In this document: one piece after another, positions 50,296-57,739 of the stretch | How positions within the stretch are numbered: position 1 is the first letter of the stretch | Layout of the letters: each line of letters begins with the position of its first letter | NCBI GenBank assembly: GCA_963664115.2 | Contig: CAXWPJ010000005.1 | Span: 160,001 to 224,000 of the forward strand | Reading direction: 5' to 3' | DNA from: Terriglobia bacterium | GTDB lineage: Bacteria; Acidobacteriota; Terriglobia; 20CM-2-55-15 | DNA: 64,000 nt | Notes under the pieces: model-generated | What the model saw: the letters and a program-made list of their open reading frames with translations, nothing else | Database searches by the model: none | What the model was told of the DNA's origin: nothing | Position numbers and translations under genes: made by a program

Positions 50296-50690
50296 GTGCT
50301 TCAGGTCTCTCACAATTGGGCGCCAGACGAAAGAAGATCACGTCTGACCAATCAGTGACAGGGAGAAACGAGCTGTCCCAGCCGAACCGGTCGCGCCGGA
50401 AGGCGAAGGGAAGGGGATGCTAAACAATGCATTATCGGGTACGAAATGTCCTGCCGCAGTCCGGTTGGAGGCTAGTTTCCAGGTAAGGAACCGGGAAGCC
50501 GTCACGGACCGGCCTCAGGTCTCGGCAGATCCGGGTAAAAGCTATCGCGTGTAATCGAATGGTGAGCGATTCATTGCGATACGTGAAGAACTAGCCGAGA
50601 CGCCGGAAGGCGGCATCGAACCGCCCAGTCGCGAGGCAATAACAAATGTAGCCGAGACGCCGGAAGGCGGCATCGAACCGCCCAGTCGCG
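50296..50690 (+). ncRNA. Structured RNA-like segment, possibly a truncated group II intron domain I
   Basis: No ORF; nested helices CAGACG/CGTCTG, AACCGG/CCGGTT, GCTAGTT/AACTAGC and TATCGC/GCGATA; CGCC-GGAA-GGCG hairpins. Confidence 0.45.
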
Positions 50691-50705
50691 AGGCAATAAC
50701 AAATG
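50592..50705. repeat. Exact 57-bp tandem duplication
   Basis: TAGCCGAGACG...AATAACAAATG at 50592-50648 and 50649-50705. Confidence 0.95.
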
Positions 50706-50808
50706 TCCCATATGGACCCCGGATAGTGAACGCATGACTTTTGCTTCAAACAGAGACGGGACGTGGGGTATTTATTGGCAACGCGCAGATGGAAGCGGTG
50801 TTGGCTAA
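50692..50808 (+). repeat. Internal TolB/PD40 remnant of the kinase gene
   Basis: GNNKCPIWTPDSERMTFASNRDGTWGIYWQRADGSGVG*. Confidence 0.8.
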
Positions 50809-50935
50809 CTCCTTACGATGCTGGACGAGATGAAAACACGACGATCTCCGGGCATGAGGCGCCGACTTCCGTCAGAAATTGTGACCCAATCAGGTTAAGT
50901 TGACCCTACCTTCCGGTAGTTCCGCGAGCAAGGAA

Positions 50936-51067
50936 TCAAGGCTTTGCGCAGCACACACATGTGCAGTGGCACCGGGATGGTTCGCCCTCACATGTGCAGG
51001 AACAACCTTCCGGTCCACAGTCGCAATTTTCGCAGCATTTGCATTGGCACTGATGTTCGGTGGGCAT
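50936..51067 (-). CDS. Metallothionein-like Cys-rich peptide (43 aa, 14 Cys)
   Basis: MPTEHQCQCKCCENCDCGPEGCSCTCEGEPSRCHCTCVCCAKP; AGGAGG RBS just upstream; TATAAT at 51097-51092. Confidence 0.8.
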   Translation of the reverse strand: MPTEHQCQCKCCENCDCGPEGCSCTCEGEPSRCHCTCVCCAKP

Positions 51068-51172
51068 GTCAAACCTCCTTCTTCACTCGCAATTATAGCC
51101 GACGGACTGTCCCTTTCGCAGGGAGGCGGGGCAGCGCCACGAACGACCGGCTGATGGTCGCAGACGTCGATG

Positions 51173-51409
51173 GCGCGGGTCCCGGTGCCCTGATTTGCGA
51201 TCTCAAGTCTTGAAAAATTCCCTTCTCGGACATTGAGAATCGGGCAAATTTCTGGGGATTTTCAACGTCATCAAGAAGGTCGTTTGCCAGGACCTGAGAA
51301 TTTGATAGCGCCTAAATTACTCCTCTAGTATCTTTTACCGAGAATTTAACTGTTCATTTAGCGACACACTTCGAACATGGAATCTGGCACCAAACTCGAC
51401 CATTACGAA
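51173..51409 (+). repeat. Complete junction element: RVPVP*, ~100-bp palindrome, promoter, MESGTKLDHYE
   Basis: Palindrome arms at 51201-51241 and 51257-51299; TTGATA-18-TAGTAT; ATG at 51377. Confidence 0.9.
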
Positions 51410-51439
51410 CAATCGCTCGATTTTTTAAGGAGAGGTACT

Positions 51440-53104
51440 GTGAAACATTTGAACTGGAAAACGACAGTGGCTCTTGTTCTGTTCGCAAGTTCCGTTGCTG
51501 CATCAATGGCTCATGCACAGGATCAGGCTCCGGATCTGGTTCTGTCCAACGGAAAGGTCGTTACTGTAGATGACCGCTTCACGATCGCAGAAGCGGTGGC
51601 TATCGGGGGCGAACGTATCGTGGGAGTCGGCACGAATCAGGAAGTCGCGCGACTGGCCGGGCCCAATACCCGAACGATCGATCTCGGAGGGCGTACCGTT
51701 ATTCCCGGCCTGATCGATAACCATGCTCACATCATGGAAGAAGGTCCGATCTGGCAGTTGGAACTGCGTCTGGATGGGGTGGAATCGCGGACCGAAGCGC
51801 TCGAGATGATACGCGGGCGGGCAATCGATCTGGGTCCGGGCGAATGGGTTTTCACACTGGGCGGTTGGGCGACGGATCAATTCACAGACGACGTGAGTCA
51901 TTTCACACGCGACGAGTTGGACCGGGTTGCTCCCGACAACCCGGTACTGTTGCAGTACACACGCTCCCACACTTATCTCAACAGCCGCGCTATAGAGGCC
52001 ATCGGGTTGAATGAGATGAACGCTCCATGGATCGTGCGCGATGATGGCGGAAGACCGACAGGCGTGATCGAAGCTGAGGGCATCAACCAAGTCGGACGAG
52101 CGCGTCCCGCGCCGCCAGAAGAATTGTTCGAATCCAGCAGCCTGGCAATGATCCGCGATATGAACCGAGCGGGTCTTACCACGGCCGGCGGTCCCTGCCC
52201 CGCGAACCTCATAGACAGGTTCCGGCAATTTGCAGATGAGGGTCGGCTCAATATGCGGTTCTTCTGTTTTCTGCCGACGGGAGCGTCCGGCACCCCAGCC
52301 CAGGTGGATCGCCTTCTGCCGCAGATCGCCGAGTTGAAACCGTTCCAGGGCGACAACTGGGTGGATCTGACCGCCTACGGAGAAAGCGTATACCGCCCGC
52401 TGCACGACAGCATGCTGGCACGCACAACCAATCCAACACCCGAGCAGCTTTTCCAGTGGCGACGCGTCGCGACTGAAGTTGCCCGTGCTGGATTACCGCT
52501 GCACGTACACGCCACGATCGAGAACACGATTACCGGATTTCTCGACCAGATCGAGCTGATTAACCAAGAGTACCCCATACGGAATCTGCGCTGGGCTTTG
52601 GCTCATGTTGACCAGGTGAACGCCTCACACATCGAGCGCATGAAGGATCTCGGGATGTACCTCGCGGTACATACGCGGCCGACCGTCATGGGCCAGATCT
52701 TCAACCGTGCGCATGGCGACCGTTCCTACGATATGCCGCCGCTGGCGCTCATCGAGAACAGCGGGATCGTGTGGGGCCTGGGAAGCGACACGTTCGAGGT
52801 GAATCAGTACCGGCCGTTCACGACCCTCTGGTGGGCTGTGACCGGGAAGATGGTAGGCGGCACCGAGGTCCTCAGGCAGACAATCGGCCGCGAAGAAGCC
52901 TTGATCGCCCACACGCGCGAAAATGCCTACCTGGTGTTTCAGGAAAACAATCTGGGTTCAATCCAACCCGGCAAGCTGGCGGATCTGCTAGTTCTGGACC
53001 GCGATTACCTGACGATTCCAGCCGACGAGATCAAGGACATCCAACCCCTGATGACGATTGTAGGAGGACGCATCGTCTACGACGCCGACGCTGATCAGGA
53101 CTGA
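51440..53104 (+). CDS. Exported amidohydrolase (Amidohydro_3/YtcJ-like)
   Basis: GTG with AGGAGAGG RBS; IPGLIDNHAH, HVHA, AH, GSD and GSIQPGKLADL motifs. Confidence 0.92.
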   Translation: MKHLNWKTTVALVLFASSVAASMAHAQDQAPDLVLSNGKVVTVDDRFTIAEAVAIGGERIVGVGTNQEVARLAGPNTRTIDLGGRTVIPGLIDNHAHIMEEGPIWQLELRLDGVESRTEALEMIRGRAIDLGPGEWVFTLGGWATDQFTDDVSHFTRDELDRVAPDNPVLLQYTRSHTYLNSRAIEAIGLNEMNAPWIVRDDGGRPTGVIEAEGINQVGRARPAPPEELFESSSLAMIRDMNRAGLTTAGGPCPANLIDRFRQFADEGRLNMRFFCFLPTGASGTPAQVDRLLPQIAELKPFQGDNWVDLTAYGESVYRPLHDSMLARTTNPTPEQLFQWRRVATEVARAGLPLHVHATIENTITGFLDQIELINQEYPIRNLRWALAHVDQVNASHIERMKDLGMYLAVHTRPTVMGQIFNRAHGDRSYDMPPLALIENSGIVWGLGSDTFEVNQYRPFTTLWWAVTGKMVGGTEVLRQTIGREEALIAHTRENAYLVFQENNLGSIQPGKLADLLVLDRDYLTIPADEIKDIQPLMTIVGGRIVYDADADQD

Positions 53105-53149
53105 TCGACCCAGGACCCGCCAATTGCAGAAAGGAAGCTCGTCACATCG

Positions 53150-53245
53150 CTCCTGAACTGGTTTGAAGAACTGAAGGAAGGTGTGCCCTTTCCGTGATTT
53201 CGAGTTCAAGGTGACAACGAATCATATTGTCGGTGGTTGAACATT
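53150..53245 (+). repeat. Kinase 3' remnant LLNWFEELKEGVPFP* plus decayed right IR
   Basis: Near-identical to 43863-43907; TCAAG...AATCATATTGTCGG..GTTGAA follows. Confidence 0.9.
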
Positions 53246-53321
53246 GGATCGTTGATGGCAGAGTCAGCGGTTGATCCAGCCCTGGATCATTGTAATCAAG
53301 CAGACGACACGAGAGGTGGAG

Positions 53322-54341
53322 ATGAACATCAAGATTTGTCGCACCGCGGTTGCGCTCAACCTGCTCTGGCTGGCCACCATGGGATGTCAGGTGGAGGATC
53401 AAGCAGATGGAGCGGCTGGTTCGGATGCAGCGCGCACCACGGCCGTTCTGGCCGCAGGGCCTAACGCCGCCCTGTCACAGTTCGCTTTGCCCGACATCGA
53501 GATCCGTTCTGATCTTGAGTTGGGAACGTTGCCCGAGGGCTGGAGAACCGGCGGACCAGACTGCACCGACATGCCCCGCTGGCAGGTACACGCGTACAAC
53601 CCTGACTTCTATATCCTCCGACAGTCCGGCTGCATCCACTATGAGAAGCCCTTCCTGTACCTGATATTTGGTGAGGAGCGGGCCTTGCTTGAGGACACCG
53701 GTGCCGGTGATGCGGATACCGCGGCCCTCGTCCTGCCGCTCGTGGAGCAATGGTCTGAACGAAACGGCAAGGACAGCCCGATTCCCCTGACCGTCGTTCA
53801 CTCGCACTCTCACGGCGATCATGTGGCCGGTGATCGGGGGTTCGACAACCTTCCTGGTGTCGCAGTCGTGGCCGCTGCTGTCGGCGATATCCAAGTTGCC
53901 TTTGGAATTGAGAACTGGCCGTCGGATACGGGTCAGATTGATCTTGGCGACCGCGTGCTGGACGTGATTCCCATTCCGGGACACGACGGGGCGAGTATCG
54001 CGCTGTATGACCGGGCGACGGGGGTGCTCCTGACCGGAGACAGCCTCTACCCGGGCCGGCTCTACGTGGGCTACAACAACTTCCGCGCCTTCGTCGAGAG
54101 CAACCAGCGGCTCGTAGATTTCACCCGGGACCGACCCGTTGCCCACATCCTGGGCACGCACATCGAGCAGACTCGGACTCCTTTCGTTGACTATCCGCGG
54201 GGCACTCGATACCAGCCTGACGAACACACGCTCGAGATGTCGCGGGGATTGCTTCTCGAGTTGAACGGCGCACTCATTGACCTCAACGGAACGCCGGAAG
54301 AGGTCGCGTTGCGCGACCTCACGTTGTTCCCGATTCGGTAA
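53322..54341 (+). CDS. MBL-fold metallo-hydrolase lipoprotein
   Basis: HSHSHGDHVAGD, IPGH, TGDSLYPGRLY and LGTH motifs; lipobox TMGC. Confidence 0.9.
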   Translation: MNIKICRTAVALNLLWLATMGCQVEDQADGAAGSDAARTTAVLAAGPNAALSQFALPDIEIRSDLELGTLPEGWRTGGPDCTDMPRWQVHAYNPDFYILRQSGCIHYEKPFLYLIFGEERALLEDTGAGDADTAALVLPLVEQWSERNGKDSPIPLTVVHSHSHGDHVAGDRGFDNLPGVAVVAAAVGDIQVAFGIENWPSDTGQIDLGDRVLDVIPIPGHDGASIALYDRATGVLLTGDSLYPGRLYVGYNNFRAFVESNQRLVDFTRDRPVAHILGTHIEQTRTPFVDYPRGTRYQPDEHTLEMSRGLLLELNGALIDLNGTPEEVALRDLTLFPIR

Positions 54342-54466
54342 GAGGCCTTGACCATCGTTGGGCCGATAGGCGTACACCTCTATTCCGGCGCCATGCAGTC
54401 CTAGGGTTCAGCCACGAGCCTCTAGCTGAGCGAATCAAGAAGACCGGATCCAGAACGAAAGCCATG

Positions 54467-54625
54467 CTCAAACCCTGACAAATCTTGTTGAGAATGGCTT
54501 GAAATACGGGGGTTTCCGAGTGTCCGGTTAGATCTTTTGCCAGGACTTGAGAGTTTGGTTGCGTCTGACCCTCTCGTTTAATATCTTTTACGAAGATTTT
54601 TCACTGTTCGATACGCTACACATAG
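54467..54625 (+). repeat. Shortened palindrome plus kinase-type promoter (no kinase codons)
   Basis: CTCAAACCCTGACAAATC ... TTTGCCAGGACTTGAGA, then TAATATCTTTTAC..ACTGTTC..GCTACACA, as at 51300-51370. Confidence 0.8.
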
Positions 54626-54636
54626 AGGTGACTCCG

Positions 54637-55617
54637 ATGAAAAGAGCTATGACATATGTGACGTTGGGGGCGGTGTGCGCTCTTCTGTCCTGCAGCGCCG
54701 CCCTTCCCCAGGAAGTGATTCCGACTGGAGGTCCGATTCCCGACATACGCGGATTCAACAGCCGGGTCAACGATCCCGAGGCGGTGGCGGCGATCGAGGT
54801 AATCGTCCGCCATGTTGCCGGCCAGGTGTACGTGATTGCCGGAGCAGGTGGAAACATGACGGTCATGGCGGGCGACGATGGGATATTCATCGTCGACACG
54901 AATTTCCCCGTCTTATACGACGAGATCATGACCTTGATCCGGCGAATCTCGGATGGACCCATCCGCTTCGTGGTCAATACGCACTCTCACGTGGACCACG
55001 CCGGCAACAACGAAAACTTTGCCCGGGAGGGCGCGGTGATCGTCACCCAGCCCAACCTGCGCAGGGCACTGATCGGAGACAGCAGCGGATCGGATCTTCC
55101 GGGCGGACTGCCTGTGATCACATCGACGGAACCGATGTCGTTTCACTTCAACGGAGAGGAAATCCTCTTCGTGCCCTTATTGCCCTCGCACACGGACGGC
55201 GATGCGGCCGTTTACTTCAGCGGATCCGACGTGTGGTCCTTTGGTGACGTGTATCGGACAGACTATCCGTCCCTGAATCCCGCCGTTGGCGGGACGATCG
55301 AGAATTTCAAAGATATTTACAGCATGGCGCTCGATATGACCACCCCAGAAACTATTTTCGTTCCCGGCCACGGCCAGCTCTCGCCCAGAGAGGAACTGAG
55401 CGGAGTACTGGAGGCCATAAATACGATTCACGAGCGTTTCCGCGACATGATAGCCCGGGGCATGACGCTCGAGGAGATCACCGAGGCGCGTCCGTCAAGA
55501 GAGTTCGATGCGCGTTTCTCCAGCGAATCCAAGTCGCCCACCACGGGCAATACGGTAGAGCGCGTTTACAGCCGTTTGTACGATGACGTTTCAAGGGAGC
55601 TGGCAGAACAACAGTAG
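54637..55617 (+). CDS. Exported MBL-fold metallo-hydrolase
   Basis: GAGGN, NTHSHVDHAGNN, SHTDGD and VPGHG motifs; paralog of 10591-11436. Confidence 0.9.
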   Translation: MKRAMTYVTLGAVCALLSCSAALPQEVIPTGGPIPDIRGFNSRVNDPEAVAAIEVIVRHVAGQVYVIAGAGGNMTVMAGDDGIFIVDTNFPVLYDEIMTLIRRISDGPIRFVVNTHSHVDHAGNNENFAREGAVIVTQPNLRRALIGDSSGSDLPGGLPVITSTEPMSFHFNGEEILFVPLLPSHTDGDAAVYFSGSDVWSFGDVYRTDYPSLNPAVGGTIENFKDIYSMALDMTTPETIFVPGHGQLSPREELSGVLEAINTIHERFRDMIARGMTLEEITEARPSREFDARFSSESKSPTTGNTVERVYSRLYDDVSRELAEQQ

Positions 55618-55643
55618 AAGAACAGCAAGGGACTGCGCCCTAG

Positions 55644-57111
55644 TACTACTGTGTTATAAACGGAGTGGCCCACAGAACGGACAGCACGGGAGCTGCTGGA
55701 TGAGGAATCGTGCGATGCGAACGCGAAGTGTGGCAATCGAGCACGGATTATGTCGCTCGGGCCGGATCCGGGGCTCCGCGGGGTTTGAAGTGTCTGGGGA
55801 GTTGGGGGACGGATAGTCCAACATGCGTGACAAATGCAGAGGGGGAAAAACGGTTCCGCTCAGCGACCAGGAACCCATAAGCTGCGATGCATAAAGCGCC
55901 ATGGTGGTGAAATCCACGCCAGCCGCGACCTTCGTAATGGCCCAGTCCGAGTTCCTGCTTGAGTTCCTGATAGTCGCGTTCGATGATCCAGCGATGCTTG
56001 GCCCGATAGACCAGATTTGAAAGAGAGGTATTGGTCCCGAGACTGGAGAGCCAGTATTGAACCGGTTCGGATTCGGTCTTGGGCCATTCGATCAACAACC
56101 ATTCTTCCGGATGGGGCTCGTGGCGCTCATGATCGCGATGAGCCGTGCGAATCCGGATTGCGGCGAAGCGGGAGCGCAACGTGTCGGCCGTGCCTTCGCG
56201 CCAGGACACGTTCTTCCATTTTTGTCGAGGCAAGGAGAGAGCCAGTTGTTTGACCGAAACAGGACGATGCTTCTTGTGACGCCTCAACAGCGTCGGCGGG
56301 CGCCCCTGGCCGGTCCACGACTTCTTGGGCAGGGGTTGCCGACCGGGCTCCCAGACCGAGGTCGAGGATTGGATGCCAACCACATAAGGCAGCCCCAGTG
56401 CGGTAATCGTCGCGCGAAACTTACTGTCGTTGCCGTAGGCGGCATCGGCCAACACGGGAGCCGTCCCCACACCGTCCGCAATCGCCTGTCGGATTTGGTC
56501 CAGAGCAATCGCAATCTTGGTCTGGAATCCAACCGCGTCGGGGACACCGGTCTTCTTGCGGCGTTCGGCATCGTTCGCCCAAAGCTTCGGCAGGTACAGC
56601 CGCCATGCCACGGGCAGACTCGATTTCGCCGTCGCTACCGACAGACTGACCGCCACCCGGCAGTTCTCCTGCTTGCCGACCTGTCCACAGTATTGCCGGG
56701 CCACACCTACCGAGTGGGTCCCCTTCTTCACGAATCCGGTGTCGTCGACAATCCACGATTCAATCGGACCGTGCGCTTCCATCCCCGGCAACGTCGACTC
56801 CCGGACTTGTCGCAATATGGCCGCATCCTCCCAGGGGGCATCCGCCACCAGGTGATGCAACGACTGATGCATTCGGCGCACATTATCCGGAGCCAATCGC
56901 GCCGCCATCGGCTCCACGCTCTTGCGCTTGATTGGCAGCAGCAATCCCTTGCAGTACCACTTCAGCGGTTCATGACGGTCGGCGTGTCCGGCGGCCGACG
57001 CCAGGCGTTCCATATAGGCCGCAAAACGTTCTTCCTGAGTGCCTGGCGCCTTCGTTTTGGCGCTCATGTGCAAATGCTAACACAAGCTCGTCATTTTGTA
57101 ACACAGTAGTA
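55644..57111 (-). mobile_element. IS701-family element with CTAG target duplication
   Basis: IR TACTACTGTGTTA / TAACACAGTAGTA; CTAG at 55640-55643 and 57112-57115. Confidence 0.92.
55748..57073 (-). CDS. IS701-family transposase
   Basis: RKSVEPMA, IVDDTGFVKKGTHSVGVARQYCG, LADAAYG and RWIIERDYQELKQELGL motifs. Confidence 0.95.
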   Translation of the reverse strand: MHMSAKTKAPGTQEERFAAYMERLASAAGHADRHEPLKWYCKGLLLPIKRKSVEPMAARLAPDNVRRMHQSLHHLVADAPWEDAAILRQVRESTLPGMEAHGPIESWIVDDTGFVKKGTHSVGVARQYCGQVGKQENCRVAVSLSVATAKSSLPVAWRLYLPKLWANDAERRKKTGVPDAVGFQTKIAIALDQIRQAIADGVGTAPVLADAAYGNDSKFRATITALGLPYVVGIQSSTSVWEPGRQPLPKKSWTGQGRPPTLLRRHKKHRPVSVKQLALSLPRQKWKNVSWREGTADTLRSRFAAIRIRTAHRDHERHEPHPEEWLLIEWPKTESEPVQYWLSSLGTNTSLSNLVYRAKHRWIIERDYQELKQELGLGHYEGRGWRGFHHHGALCIAAYGFLVAERNRFSPSAFVTHVGLSVPQLPRHFKPRGAPDPARAT

Positions 57112-57157
57112 CTAGCAGCCCGTGGCAGAAGTCTCGAGGACCGAGCACGCAGCCGGC

Positions 57158-57550
57158 TCAGTAACTCGAAGTCCCTGAGAGTTCCTCCAGCCGGCTGCGA
57201 AAGCGACCCGACCGCATCGTCCTCAGTCCAAGAGACTGCAGACGGTCGCTTAATTCCCTGTCTGAAGTGACGGCAAGTACTTGTTCGGGTTCAGTCACAT
57301 CCTGTGCCAACTCGACAATGCGTTCATCCGCATCCGATCCGGGACGCGCGAAGTAAACTTTGACGCCGTCCACCTCACCCCCGTCACGGATCCCGTCCAG
57401 GGGTTTACCATCAAACACAACCGTCACGACCATGCCCTGCTGCCGGGTCATTGCAGCAAGCTCCAGAAGTAGCCGTCGCTGGGCCGCCGGTTTGTCGCGG
57501 TGCCAACCGACACGCTGGCCCATTACGTTGTTGCCGTCTACCAGGACCAT
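57158..57550 (-). CDS. NYN/YacP-like PIN-fold nuclease
   Basis: LVDGNNV, VVFDG, ADERI and VTSDREL motifs. Confidence 0.85.
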   Translation of the reverse strand: MVLVDGNNVMGQRVGWHRDKPAAQRRLLLELAAMTRQQGMVVTVVFDGKPLDGIRDGGEVDGVKVYFARPGSDADERIVELAQDVTEPEQVLAVTSDRELSDRLQSLGLRTMRSGRFRSRLEELSGTSSY

Positions 57551-57739
57551 GCGGCGATTGTACGCTGGAACAGCGTGTCCCAGGGAGTTCCGGATGACCT
57601 AACATGTTCACTGCACAGCAGAATATTATTGATCGATCCATGGATTAAAGAAGAGAGAACTCCTCGGTTGTAAGCGCTGACCTGTAAATTGAACTATCAT
57701 AATTCACGACTTCGCCTTCAGCGCTCGCATCCAAATAAA

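Noticed and set aside
50380-50420. SRP RNA, RNase P RNA or tmRNA
   Set aside because: CCGGAAGG is present, but the SRP GAAGCAG partner, the RNase P GAGGAAAGUCC and tRNA-like ends are absent.
50592-50705. CRISPR array
   Set aside because: Two adjacent 57-bp units with no spacers, and no cas genes in the window.
50890-51072. 60-aa ORF from the track (MTCPPNISAN...)
   Set aside because: The overlapping Cys-rich frame has the properly spaced RBS and an ATG.
51201-51299. Classical integron attC sites
   Set aside because: No RYYYAAC/GTTRRRY cores and no intI in the window; kept only as an unexplained palindrome.
51377-51439. Extended N-termini in the track for 51377, 16195, 11493, 54547 and 7386
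   Set aside because: The extensions are kinase-remnant or promoter DNA; downstream starts have signal peptides or an RBS.
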